Source of the DNA: Candidatus Poribacteria bacterium
Lineage (GTDB): Bacteria; Poribacteria; WGA-4E; WGA-3G
Assembly (NCBI GenBank): GCA_965205025.1
Contig: CBDBFU010000002.1
Span: 320,001 to 384,000 of the forward strand
Direction of reading: 5' to 3'
DNA: 64,000 bases
Numbering within the stretch: position 1 is the first letter of the stretch; each line of letters begins with the position of its first letter. Of the stretch, positions 33,628 to 46,079 are shown one piece after another. Below the pieces are notes generated by a model. The model saw only the letters and a program-made list of their open reading frames with translations, was not told the origin of the DNA and ran no database searches. The translations under genes and the position numbers were made by a program.

Positions 33628-33741
33628 TACCGTCTCTAATTGAAAATGTTTCTTTTTTTGTACCACAAACTTTCAGTTTGTGACCTGAAAAATGACTACC
33701 ATAATAACCGCCTAATGAAACAATAATTTATAGAAATAGTA
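33628..33741. mobile_element. MITE-A (TIR TACCATTTCTA-like) containing the palindrome CACAAACT-NNN-AGTTTGTG
   Basis: Related copies at 36845-37102 (with nested MITE-B), 40344-40453, 45654-45766, partial ~53455-53537. Confidence 0.75.
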
Positions 33742-33821
33742 TAAATATGTACCATCATTAAATTTATGCACCAGTTTAACTCAGTGACTCGCGGTCACTA
33801 TAGAGTAATCTGAGGTAATCC

Positions 33822-36775
33822 ATGCAAAACAATGATGTTGAAATAATTCGTCGTATTCTTGATGGTAATGATACCGCATTCGCTGAACTTGTGAATAAGT
33901 ATCAAAGAACAGTTCACGCACTGGTATGGCGTAAGATTGAAGATTTTCATATCGCCGAAGAATTAACACAAGACATCTTTTTGAAAGTGTATCAAAAATT
34001 GAATACCTTGAAGAAACCACACTGTTTCACAAGCTGGCTCTATGTGATTGCTTCGCGACGCTGCACTGCTTGGTTGCGTAAAAAGCGTATGTTAACGCAG
34101 CCAATTGAAGATACTACGGATTTAGAACCTGAAAAAAGTAAATACTCAAAGTATGTCACTGAAGAAAACGAACGTACAGCAATAGAAGCACAACGTGAAA
34201 TCGTCCGAAAGTTGCTTGCTAAACTGCCAGAGAGTGAACGAACTGTCATAACATTACGCTACTTCAGTGATATGTCCAGTGCAGAAATTGGTGCGTTTTT
34301 AGGGGTATCCGCAAATACGGTGAGAAGTCGTCTTCGTCGAGCACGGAACCGTTTACAAAAGGAGGAAACAATGATAAGAGAAGCACTCGAACATTTCCAA
34401 ATATCACCAAACCTAACCGATAACATAATGCGAGAAGTTTCACGTCTCAAACCTGCTGCCCCTTCTACCAGCAAACCTATAATCCCGTGGGTGATAGGTG
34501 CTACAAGTGCAGTATTGATTGTGCTAATGCTCGGTATTGGCAACCAGTACTTAGCATATTACCAACAACCTTATAGTATAGAAGCACAAACTGAGATGTC
34601 GGTTGAACTTCTTGACACTCCCATTGTTCCATTAATTGAGACAGAACCGAATGTGCGTCGACAGTTTGGAAATATAAATGCAGTTGGTAAAGACAATAGT
34701 CCAAGACAAAATCCGGATGACGTATTATTGGCTTCTGCACAAGCGGAAGGAGAAGATGTTTCTGTCCCTAAACAGCAGTGGATTCAGTCGGCACCAATGT
34801 CCGGAAGTTCTACACAGGAACTCCTTGCTACATCCGATGGGGATCTCTACTCTTATACAACTGGACATCTCTACAAATTGCCTGCTGACGGGAAAATCTG
34901 GCAACATCTCTTTGAAATTTGGACACTGAATCATACCCAATTAAATAATCCAGTTCTTGCTGAGTGGAACAAAACATTGTACTTTACGCAATCAAGTGAA
35001 CTTTTTGCTTCAATAGATGATGGTAAAACATGGAATTTAGTTTACTCTTGGAAAGAAACACACTCTAATCCGATTGAAATGATTCTAACAGACCACGAAT
35101 TTTTATATCGCTTTTGACAACGGTATTTTCCGTTCTAATGATTACGGTGAAACTTGGAAGCCTATAAGTGGGGTATTTGATGGAAGTATTAATGCCTTAG
35201 TTAAGGTACAAAACACACTTCTTGCAGGAACAGATAACGGACTTTATCGTTTAGATACAGAAGGCTGGAAACGTCTGGAATTTCCAGAACCTATAGAATG
35301 GGTGTATTCAGTCGCTGTAACTGAAAACATGATCTATATTTTGGCATCACTCGAGAGATCTGCACTTAATCCTGCCAAAGTGTCACGTGGACATGAACGA
35401 GGGTGGGTGTTATTTGGGTCAAGCAACCTTGGTAATAGATGGATTGATATAACCCCAATAAATGCATGGGCAGTAAATGGCTTTATTCCTGAAGCCAAAC
35501 TAATTGCAACAGGTGATACCATTTTACTAATGGAAAGAGGCATGGTTCGGTCTGCTGATTCGTGGAATAACGTGGTCACCTCCACAATTATCAGGTACCA
35601 CACCTTTTATGGATAGTTATAGTCCTGCTGCAGTAGTGAACGCTGATACTATTTATGTCGATGGGGGTAGTCTACACCGATCCACCGATTACGGGAAATC
35701 ATGGGAAATAGTGAATATTACACCAGATAATAAAAATGATGGAATATATAATCTCATAGTGTTCGCAGGAGGTGAAAAAGATAATAACACGCGTCCTTTC
35801 CTTTACGGTAAATTCGGAGCAGAAGGCATAAAAACAACCGATAAAGGTAAGTCTTGGAAAGATGTTCCCGTTGAAATTTCGATGTCAAAACCCTTCAGGG
35901 AAAATTCCTTAAGTATAAATCAGATAATCAAATCTGGTGATATACTTTATGCAAGCGTAGACTATCAGTTAAGTGGAGAAAAAGTACGGATCTATAAACT
36001 CTCATCTAATGGCAGCAGGTTTTTACCAATACAAGAGATCCCAATTTTTGACTCAGGTAGGTTAGCGCTTGAATTAGAACGTAATCTCTCTGTTGATCAT
36101 TTGCAAACCCAATTTCTTGGAGCTCCACAGTTCTTCAAACAGCTGGTTATTGGAAATGCACAACAACAAAAAATGCTTATACAACGTGGATTAGAAGGAG
36201 CTTTTGATGTCAGTGACGATACGTTCTACATGGAATATAATTTTAAGCTCTTCAGATGGAAGATGGGTGATACTGAATGGTATGATACCGGTGTTGAAGA
36301 AACTGTTGAATTGTCTGAGAGTAATGCAAAGAAAAAACTAAAACTTGCTGCCTTTGAGAATGCTGTCTACGTCGGGAAACGGAATGGACATCTCATAGTA
36401 TCCTTTGATAGGGGAACTAATTGGATAGATCTAACACCAGCCCTACCTTTTTCCGTTCAAACATTCAATGAAATCGTGTTTGTAGGAACTACTGTGTATG
36501 TAGCAACAAATGCTGGTGTAATAGCATCAAGTGATGGGAAGCAGTGGTCAATTGCCTCCAATTCTGATGACGCAAATCTCATTATGGAACACTTATCTGT
36601 TGATGAAAACACCCTTTATGGGATTAAGGACACAGGTATTTATCGCTTGGAAAACGGTATTTGGAAACAGATCGTCACAGAGATACCTGATAAGGTAACT
36701 TCTCTGGCTGTTGATGGGAAAACCTTATACGTAGGTACAGAAACCCAAGGCATGCTACACTATACTCTTGAATAA
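33822..36775 (+). CDS. ECF sigma - TM - BNR propeller fusion (#2), two +1 frameshifts
   Basis: ORFs 33822-35117, 35302-35616 and 35609-36775 are colinear with #1/#7; extra T at ~35100 and ~35560. Confidence 0.85.
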
Positions 36776-36793
36776 CATTTAGACATAATTCAG

Positions 36794-36817
36794 TGGACGG
36801 TGTACCAGCACCGTCCA
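36794..36817 (+). terminator. Hairpin after ECF #2
   Basis: TGGACGGTG-taccag-CACCGTCCA; weak U-tract. Confidence 0.45.
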
Positions 36818-36844
36818 TTCCTACCCATCTCCTAATTTACTTTA

Positions 36845-37102
36845 TACCAATTCTAATTGAAAATGTCTCTTTTTTGTACCACAAACTTTATGAGGATTAA
36901 GTTTTAAATTCGGTAATTCCCATTTTCCCAAACTTGGTAGGTTCGGTTTCCTAACCACGGGGAATGCTAAATAGCATTCATACCGTTGATTCGAATTTCT
37001 AACACATTACCGGATTATTATTTTAATCTTCATTCAGTTTGTGACCTGAAAAATGACTACCATAATAACCGCCTAATGAGACAATAATTTATAGAATTGG
37101 TA
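36845..37102. mobile_element. MITE-A with nested MITE-B (36890-37033)
   Basis: Compared with empty MITE-A copies at 33628 and 45654. Confidence 0.85.
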
Positions 37103-37226
37103 TAATATCTTAATCTCATTGATAAATACACTCCTAAAATGTGAGACTTTTTCATCTCAGTATGCGTCACTATATTATGAATATGTCAATACACAACCAT
37201 ACACATTTCATGTACAGAGGTATCTG

Positions 37227-40142
37227 ATGAAAAATGAAGATGTTGAACTCATTAACCGTGTCCTTGATGGCGATGATGATGCATTCTCTGTCTTAGTGAA
37301 TAAATATCAGAAATCAGTTCACACACTTGTTTGGCGGAAGATTGAAGATTTTCACATAGCTGAGGATATCACTCAGGAAACATTCCTAAAAGCATATCAA
37401 GAACTGGCATCCCTGAAAAAACCACAACGATTTTCCAGTTGGCTATATGTAATTGCGACAAATCACAGTAACACATGGCTACGTAAAAGACGTTTATCCA
37501 TGCAATCAATAGAGAATACAAGTGATGTACAGATAGAAAATGCAACATACTCAGAATATATAAGCTCGGAAAACGAGAAAACAGTTGCTGAAGTACAGCG
37601 TGAAGTCGTCAAGAAAATACTTGGACAGTTACAGGAAAGTGATAGAACTGTCATGACTCTTTACTACCTCGGGGAAATGAGCTATGAGGAAATCAGCGAG
37701 TTTTTAGGAATATCGGTGAGTGCCATTAAGAACCGACTTTACCGTGCACGACAACGCTTAAAGAAGGAAGAACCAATGATAAGAAAAGCTTTAGACCATT
37801 TCAATATCACACCAAATCTCACAGAAAATATAATGAGCGAAATTTCAAAAACGAAACAGGTGACACCATCGGGTAGTAAACCATTTATCCCGTGGGTGCT
37901 TGCTGCTTCAAGTACTCTCCTTATTGTGTTCATGCTTGGAATAAATAGTCACTTCTTCGTCCGTTTCCAAAAACCTTATAGTTTAGATGCGCAGGCTGAA
38001 ATGCAGGTAGAACTTGTTGACACTCCAATTGTGCTTAACCTCGAATCCGAATCAGATCACCCAACACAACTAAAAAATGCTAACCTAAGTGAAAATAACA
38101 CCTCTAATCGGCAGCCTGATAACATCTCAGTATCAGCGGCAGAAGCACAATCAGAGAAAATAAATAAACATTACTCACAATGGAAACTACCCAAAAAGGC
38201 AAAAGCGCGCTTAGGAAAGGGTGGTATTAAGGTGATTCAATATTCACCGGATGGAACGCTACTTGCTGTGGGTACGAATATCGGTGTGTGGTTGTACGAT
38301 GTGGAAACTGGTGAAGAGAAAACCTTATTTCCAGGAATGTGCCAATCTATTGCTTTTTCACCTGACAGTCGCTTCTTGGCAAATGGGGGTGGTAGATCAT
38401 CAGGAACAAGAATCAATTTGTGGGAAATTGCTACGGAACGTGAAGTATTACTCACGGATATGTATGATTCTGCTTCAACGCTAAAATTCACCTCAGATGG
38501 GAAAACACTTATCAGTATTAGCAATTTAGGGGATACAATTACCAGATCAGATGTTGAAACAGGAAAAGGAATTATGAAGCATCTCAAAACTGGGAGATTA
38601 AACGCTTTTGGTCCAGATATTCTTGATGCTGGTGTTTATGCAATCACACATGATAAAGTCGCAATTGGAAGGAGGAATGGAAAGATCCAAATACGGGACA
38701 CATCAACTCATAAGGAATTATTCAATCTCAACGGACATTCAAATACGTTTAGGAAAAACAGCAAAGACCAAATCTTAGCATTGACATTTTCATACGACGG
38801 TACGCGCCTTGCCAGTGGAAGTACCGATACAACAGTACGTTTATGGGATACTGATAAACCTGATGACAGTATCATACTTCAAAAACATACAGGTTGGACA
38901 AATGTCTTATCGTTTTCACCGAACGGAAAGATGCTTGCCAGTGGCAGTACGGATAAAACTGTACAGTTGTGGGATACAACTACAGGAAAAATCCTCGCTA
39001 CATTTACTGGACATATCAACGGCATTACAGCATTAGCGTTTTCGCCGGATAGCACAACGCTTGCCAGCGGCAGCACAGACGGCACGATTAAGTTCTGGCA
39101 TACCGAAACTGGAAATCCATTAACTAATCGTATCACGGGGCACACGCAATGGACAAGAGCAGCAACCTTCTTTAAAGACAGTTCCACGCTTGCGAGTGTA
39201 GCATTTAATGGCGTCATTACACTTTGGGATGTGAAAACAATGCAAAAGTCTACTGTTCATACTGTAGGACATCGAGATTTGGTCTCGACATTAGCGTTTA
39301 CACCGGATGGTACGAAACTTGTTAGTGTAGGAGCAGATGGGAGTGCAATCTTCGAATCGGCTTCTGGACATCCTTTTTCTTCGTGGCAACCGGATCATCT
39401 GGTTAGTTTGACTGATGTTCGTACGGGTCGCGAAGTAACAATCTTAAACTTTAGTAGAGGCATCGCACATATGATTTTTTCTCCTAATGGAAAGACAGTA
39501 GCATTTGGTAGTTTAGGGGAAATTCATTTGTGGAATACGGAAACCGGTAATGAACTGAACATCCGCATGGATAATCAGGAAACCAATATCCACAATATGT
39601 CATTCGTCACTGTCTTAGCATTTTCCCCAGACGGCACAACCCTTGTTAGCGGAACTGATCAGGGTGATATCCAAGGGTGGAATGTTGAAACAGGAAAAGC
39701 ATTACCAGTATTTGCAAAATTGAAAGAACAAAAGGACTTGGATAATATTTCAGCACTTAGTTTTGCACCTGATGGCACCTTGCTTGCTGCCGGAGCACAT
39801 AATCGGATTCATATATGGGAAGTGAATACTGGGAATAAGCTTCTATCAGTTAAGACCGAACATAAGCGAGGTAAAATGATCTTCCAAAGCTACCCAGAAC
39901 CGTTGGTATTTTCACCAGATGGAACGATTCTTGTTAACGGACATATCCACGGTGCAATTCAATTGTGGGACGTTACAACTGGCAATCAGATCGCTGTCCT
40001 TGATGGACACACACAGAAAGTGGAGACGTTGAATTTTTCACCTGATGGCAAAACTCTCGTTAGTACTGCCGCAGATGGTACAATCCTCTTGTGGGATTGG
40101 GATGAAGTCCTTGCTGATTCATCCAAAAGCAAACAACAGTAA
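37227..40142 (+). CDS. ECF sigma - TM - WD40 fusion (#3)
   Basis: Start MKNEDV after GAGGT; sigma4 SAIKNRLYRAR; WKLPKKAKARLGKG then about 14 FSPDG/WD repeats. Confidence 0.9.
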   Translation: MKNEDVELINRVLDGDDDAFSVLVNKYQKSVHTLVWRKIEDFHIAEDITQETFLKAYQELASLKKPQRFSSWLYVIATNHSNTWLRKRRLSMQSIENTSDVQIENATYSEYISSENEKTVAEVQREVVKKILGQLQESDRTVMTLYYLGEMSYEEISEFLGISVSAIKNRLYRARQRLKKEEPMIRKALDHFNITPNLTENIMSEISKTKQVTPSGSKPFIPWVLAASSTLLIVFMLGINSHFFVRFQKPYSLDAQAEMQVELVDTPIVLNLESESDHPTQLKNANLSENNTSNRQPDNISVSAAEAQSEKINKHYSQWKLPKKAKARLGKGGIKVIQYSPDGTLLAVGTNIGVWLYDVETGEEKTLFPGMCQSIAFSPDSRFLANGGGRSSGTRINLWEIATEREVLLTDMYDSASTLKFTSDGKTLISISNLGDTITRSDVETGKGIMKHLKTGRLNAFGPDILDAGVYAITHDKVAIGRRNGKIQIRDTSTHKELFNLNGHSNTFRKNSKDQILALTFSYDGTRLASGSTDTTVRLWDTDKPDDSIILQKHTGWTNVLSFSPNGKMLASGSTDKTVQLWDTTTGKILATFTGHINGITALAFSPDSTTLASGSTDGTIKFWHTETGNPLTNRITGHTQWTRAATFFKDSSTLASVAFNGVITLWDVKTMQKSTVHTVGHRDLVSTLAFTPDGTKLVSVGADGSAIFESASGHPFSSWQPDHLVSLTDVRTGREVTILNFSRGIAHMIFSPNGKTVAFGSLGEIHLWNTETGNELNIRMDNQETNIHNMSFVTVLAFSPDGTTLVSGTDQGDIQGWNVETGKALPVFAKLKEQKDLDNISALSFAPDGTLLAAGAHNRIHIWEVNTGNKLLSVKTEHKRGKMIFQSYPEPLVFSPDGTILVNGHIHGAIQLWDVTTGNQIAVLDGHTQKVETLNFSPDGKTLVSTAADGTILLWDWDEVLADSSKSKQQ

Positions 40143-40618
40143 AACAGGTTATAGAAGAGGTAACTACCTGCAGATTGCAAGTGCTTGCCTCCTTATCCTT
40201 GATTCACTCAAAAGTCCAATTAAGTCGCACACCTCACGTTAAACCTCCGCGCTTACTGTCATCTCCAGACTATATTTCAGTTTCCACATGGACAGAGTTT
40301 TAATGAACCTACCTCAAAATAATCTCCTGTCAATTAGCAGTTATACCATTTCTCATGTTTAATGCATCTTAGATGTAGCGTAACTTTCAGTTTGGGCAGT
40401 ATTTCAAGTCCGCACAACAACTATTCATGGAAGAAACATTTATAGAGATGGTATTATATCCTTATCAACAGGATAGAACTAAACCCTCTTTTCACAAACT
40501 CTCATCTATAATAATGTTGATAATCAGCATATTGCAGAATTATGAGACCTTTTTTATCTCAAGTAGCATCATTAAATGTTGATATCAATTGATGACCATT
40601 CCATTTTCAGAGGTGCTG

Positions 40619-43600
40619 ATGAAGAACAACGATGCAAAACTCATCCAACGTGTCCTTGAAGGCGATGATACGGCGTTCTCCACACTCGTGCAAAAATATC
40701 AGAAGTCCATTCACGCATTAGCGTGGCGAAAGATCGGAGATTTCCATATCGCAGAAGATATTACACAAGATACATTACTGAAAGCGTATCAAGAACTCTC
40801 GACGCTAAATGAACCGCAGCGTTTTGCGAGTTGGCTCTATGTGATAGCTTCAAACTACTGTAAGATGTGGCTACGTAAGAGAGGTTTATCAACGGAGTCG
40901 TTGGAAAACATAAGTAGCACCCAATTAGAGAAAACGACCTATTCTGAGTTTGTCATTGAGGAAAAAGAACGGTCAGCAGAAGAAACACAGCGTGAAGTCG
41001 TTAAGAAATTGCTTGCGAAACTGCAGGAGAGTGAGCGCACCGTCATGACACTTTATTACCTCGGAGGAATGACACACGAAGAGATAAGTGAGTTTTTAGG
41101 AGTATCGGTAGCTGCGATTAAGAATCGTTTATACCGAGCACGAAACCGATTAAAGAAGGAGGAAACAATGATAAGAGAAGCACTTGAACATTTTCAAATA
41201 TCACCTAACCTGACTGATAATATTATGAAGGAAATTTCTCGGACAAAACAGATGACACCATCGGGTAGTAAACCGTTTATCCCGTGGATAGTTGGTGTTA
41301 CTGCTGTAACGATAGTGATGCTGATGCTTGGATTTAGCAACCAATTCTTATCACGTTTCCAGAAGCCATATAATTTCAATGCGGCTTCAGATATGAGGGT
41401 TGAATTGATTGATACTCCTATTGTGCAAAACCTTGAATCTGATCCAGATGACCGAACGCAGTTCGAAAATGCAAATGCAAAAGGTGAGAACATTGAAGTT
41501 GGGCAGCAAACCGATAGCATCGCTTCACTTGACTTAGATACAATAATTTCAAAGATAAAACACAACGATAATGCTGTTACCTCCGTAACCGGTGATTTCG
41601 TAAGGGAACGCCATCGAGGGAATAATAAAAAGGGAATTAGAGGAACAGAATTTACATTGACTTTTGAAGGCAAGAAAATCAAAGTAGAAGGACAGGAGGG
41701 ATTCCCTTCTATCTTGTATTGGGATGGTGAACGCACATGGGAGGGGGCAAAGTCCCAAAATCTGATATTTAATTTTGAAATTGCACATGGCAAGGAGAAA
41801 ACTGATCTTGAGATGATTCAACAAGCATTCAAACAACAAGGTATTGAACTCACTGATGATGTTAGCATCGTTGCTGGGGACGAACCGCAGAGTTTCACAC
41901 TTATTGAGAACAAGACAGATAAAACTTACCATTTTTGGTTGGAGGGAGAAACGACGCTGTTTGTTTACGATTATCAACTCGAATATAGTACTCGACCTAT
42001 GTGGATGATTTTTTTCTGACTATGACCCGAGGTATTGGCTTACCTTTGCAATCGTTTCAGGAAACTCCTATTTATCCGAGCCGCTTTGGCATTTGCTTGA
42101 GAAACATGATAGCAAAATTATTGGTAATGAGATATTGAACGGTGAAAAGACATCCGTTATCCGTCTAACTATACCTGTTGTGTCCAATGGAGACATCAAA
42201 AGACCTGATAAGTCCTATAAACTCTGGGATTTCTCATGACAAAGGCTTTCGATTGGTTAAATCAGAAGAAACATTTACTGTTGAAAATCCGACAGAATGG
42301 AGCTCCTTCAAAGCGGGTGTAACTTATATTAGAACCCGAAAAATTGATTATCATGAATACATACCGGGTGTCTGGTTTCCTAAAAGAATTGAGTCGTCTA
42401 CGGCTCAAAAAGCATCATCGGAACAACAGGGTGGAGAAAATGTTATTTACAAAGATGTCCCTTCTCACGAAGCAGTGTCGGGTAAATACCGATGTCACTG
42501 AGTTATTAAGTTTAGGTCTACATCCTGCTACACCTGTAATCGATTACGCGGATGGCCGGCAAAAGACAATAACCGATGTGTTAAATCCAAAGGTTATTGA
42601 TACTTGGATACTTCTCAATAATGCTACTATGTCAGATAGGAAAGATGCCTCTAACCAGCAAATCTATAAACCCGCTTCAATTGACTTAGGTACGATTATC
42701 GCCAAGATGAAGGAATATGATGATGCGATACTCTCAGCAAGTGGAAAATTCGTTATTGAACACCAAAAAGAAACTGGGGCAGCCAACACAGAATATGCCT
42801 TGACGATTGAAGATCAGAAAGTCCGTATCCAACGAGAATGGCTTCCTTCCCCTATAGTAAAAGATACTCCACTCGTAGAACAACTTTTACCAAATGTAGA
42901 GTTATATGATGGGAACCAAAGATGGGACATATATAAGTACAAGAAACTACTCTTAAGCATTGAAATTGTACGGAATAAAGAGCATTCTCTCCTACAAACA
43001 ATTAAACAGACGTTCAAACAACAAGACATTGAAATTGCTGACGATCTACACATCATTGCAGAGAACGCACCAGATAGTTATACGCTTGTTGAAAGCAAGA
43101 CCGGCAAAACCTATTCTGTCATATTGATAGGAGAGACAACATTAAAGATTTATGATCTTAAACATGTGGAATATGCCGTTCGAGATTATATGGAACATCA
43201 GGACCGCCGACTCCATGATCCTGTTCGTCATCAGTGGGGTATGTTTTCAAACCTTGATCCGAGATATTGGCTTACTTATCCAAGCGCTGGTGGAATAACC
43301 TATTTAACTGAACCACTTTGGCAGCTGCTTGAAACACATGAGAGTCAACTCCTTGGTAGCGAAAATCTGAATGGTGAAGAAACATCCGTTATTCGTGTAA
43401 ATACACCTGATCAATCTCTCAAACTGTGGATTTCTCATGAGAAAGGTTTTCGTTTGGTTAAGATGCAAAGAGCATTTCTTATAGAAAATCCGAAAGGTAT
43501 TTTGGAATTAAAATACTTCCAACCGGGAATAACTTATGTTGAAACACGTGAAATTGATTATCAAGAATATTCACCAAATATTTGGTTCCCTAAGAAAATT

Positions 43601-44065
43601 GAACGGTACTATATTCCTAATGCAGTAGAGGAACCACAACTCAAGGAGCAGGTTATTTTAAAAACTGTAATTCACACCAAACAATGCCAAATAAATACTG
43701 ATGTCACTAAGTTAATCCGTTTAGATCTGCCTCCTGACACACCGGTTTTCGGTTTAAGGATGGGAAAAGATACACCTAAGGCAGAAAAAATCGATTATTT
43801 ACGAGAAGAAATCTTTCGTACTCTTAAACGTCGTCTTGACTTACGTAAAATAGATAACAAGCTTGTCGAATTTGATCATGAAAATCCTAATGTCTTTCTG
43901 CTAAGAAATCAAGTCCACGAAGAAAAAAGCAAACTACGACATGTAATTTCTCTTATAATTTCTGAGTATATGACGTATTCCAAGGATTTCTCAGTTATTG
44001 AGTCTGGTGGTCTGTTCTATGACCTGATGGAACAAAACGGTATTTATATTCAGATGGGTAAATAA
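40619..44065 (+). CDS. ECF sigma - TM - tandem LolA-like-domain fusion (#4), split by probable +1 errors
   Basis: ORFs 40589-42019, 42178-42501 and 42344-44065; duplicated unit DLxTII.K...DPRYWLT...LWISHxKGFRLVK...WFPKxIE. The LolA-like fold is inferred. Confidence 0.75.
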
Positions 44066-44231
44066 TCACTAAAATCCATGAAGGTTCCATCACAAACTTT
44101 CAAATTTCTTTGACTGTACCCCCTGCGGGTGAACGGTGAATATTATACCATTTTCAATTAATACACTTACATTATGATTTAAGTGAAACAGGAACAATCA
44201 TATAAGATTTATGAGTCCCGGGGAATGCCTA

Positions 44232-45472
44232 ATGAAGATTAATTTTTTAATTCGGTAAATTTTATTTTTGTGCTATCCTCTTGTTCAAGGAGGTATTTAT
44301 TCATGGCAAAACATCATAAACTTGAACTCAGTGAAACTGAACGACAAAAACTCGTTGAACTCCGTGATAAAGGCGAACCGGCTTATCTACGAGAACGCGC
44401 TGCTGCCCTTTTGAAAATAAGCGAGGGGTTTTCCCCTCACAAAGTCGCCCGAAAAATGCTCTTGAAAGAACGCGATCCTGATACGGTCTATTCGTGGCTT
44501 CACCGATACAATGAAAACGGTATTCAAGGTTTATTCTATACACCCGGTCGTGGTCGCAAACCTGCTTATTCCCCTAAATCCCCCGAAGAAGCAGAGGCGG
44601 AGGTCTATAATACTATCGCACAGGGACCTGAACAACATAATCCGCATCAAACACGATGGACACTCCGATCCCTTGGAAACATCGTCCCTTGGCTCAGTGA
44701 TGTGTCTGTGCCGGGTATTCACAAAATCCTTAGTCGACTCGGTCTCAGCTATAAACGCGCTCGCTTATACATACATAGTCCGGATACAGACTATGCCCAA
44801 AAAATAGACAGGGTCCAGCAAGTTTTGGAAGAGACCCGTCAACATCCACAGACCTGTGTTGCGCTTTACCAAGATGAGTTCTCGTTTTATCGCAACCCTA
44901 CCATAGCAAAAGACTGGGCACAAACAGGCACGAAAACACCTTTAGCCCGTCAGAGCTACAGACACAACCAAACGTGCTATGGGATCGGGGCTCTGAACCC
45001 ACATACTGGAGATGTTGTTTACCAGCAAGTTTCACGCTGCACTGCTGAAGCACTTCATTCTTTTTACACCGAGATTTGCCAACGCTACGCAAACAAGCAA
45101 CGGATATATTTGATACAAGACAATTGGTCAACCCACTTTCAAGCTAACTTATTGGAAGCACTTCTCCCGCAAACAGCATCGTTTGTGAAACCGAAGCCAC
45201 CGAATTGGACAGGTAAACCCTCAGAGAAAATCGGAACACTACAAAAACTTCCGATTGAGATAATACAACTACCGACTTATGCGCCGTGGACGAACCCGAT
45301 TGAAAAGTTATGGCGATGGGTGCGTCAATCGGTTTTACATAACCATCGTCATTGCGATGATTGGGAAATCGTGAAAGACAAGGTGATTAGTTTTATGTCG
45401 CAGTTCATAGGAGGATCACAGATGCTGCTACGCCAGATCGGATTATTACCGAATTAAAAAATTAATCTTCAT
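44232..45472 (+). mobile_element. IS630-family element (1241 bp), perfect 27-bp TIRs, inserted at a palindrome centre
   Basis: TIR ATGAAGATTAATTTTTTAATTCGGTAA at 44232-44258 and 45446-45472; flanks GAATGCC-TA | AT-GGCATTC. Confidence 0.92.
44303..45457 (+). CDS. Intact IS630-family transposase
   Basis: AAGGAGGT RBS; HTH, PGRGRKP, YQDEF, IQDNWSTH, NPIEKLW. Confidence 0.9.
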   Translation: MAKHHKLELSETERQKLVELRDKGEPAYLRERAAALLKISEGFSPHKVARKMLLKERDPDTVYSWLHRYNENGIQGLFYTPGRGRKPAYSPKSPEEAEAEVYNTIAQGPEQHNPHQTRWTLRSLGNIVPWLSDVSVPGIHKILSRLGLSYKRARLYIHSPDTDYAQKIDRVQQVLEETRQHPQTCVALYQDEFSFYRNPTIAKDWAQTGTKTPLARQSYRHNQTCYGIGALNPHTGDVVYQQVSRCTAEALHSFYTEICQRYANKQRIYLIQDNWSTHFQANLLEALLPQTASFVKPKPPNWTGKPSEKIGTLQKLPIEIIQLPTYAPWTNPIEKLWRWVRQSVLHNHRHCDDWEIVKDKVISFMSQFIGGSQMLLRQIGLLPN

Positions 45473-46079
45473 ATGGCATTCATACCCGGGTAACGCCAAA
45501 AGGCGTTCATACCGTTGATTCCTTGATTTGGTAGGGACGGAATGTCTATAGCAAAGGTTTATATCCACATAATTGAGTCCCGTAGGGACGGAATGTTTAT
45601 AGAATATCTTTGAACTAAATTAGCTTCTCTGATTTGCTGTTAATGTAAACTAATACCATTTCTAATTGAAAATGTCTCTTTTTTGTACCACAAACTTTCA
45701 GTTTGTGATCTGAAAAATGACTAACATACTAACCGCCTAATGAGACAATAATTTATAGAAATGGTATAAAATATGAAATTAATGGTTGATTGATCTGAAT
45801 TATCCTCCCATTTTATATTTCAGCCCCCTTTCATTGAAGCTAAAATCTATATCTATTCGGAAATATCGGGCTTAAGTTATAGATTATGGTATAATTCCCC
45901 ATAGTTCAGCAATCATCCCACTACAAGTATCCATACCTTCCGTTATCAAATGGATAGAATTTTAACCCAATTTAGATGAAATAATTCCTCCTTTTTCAAA
46001 ATTGTGAGATTATTTTTCTTCTCATCGCGTCACTCTATATAGATGCGAAATGATACATATTTCCTTTAAGAGGTATTTG

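Noticed and set aside
30420-42510. Frameshifts in the TPR-LamG gene and ECF #2/#4 as programmed recoding, phase variation or pseudogenisation
   Set aside because: The ones I could resolve are single-base insertions, mostly duplicating a neighbouring base (e.g. gcaatat, cagaaggg, gattcgt, gtccctt). Nearby non-coding motifs also carry extra bases (gcggtcac at 33791). This fits long-read insertion error; raw reads are needed to confirm.
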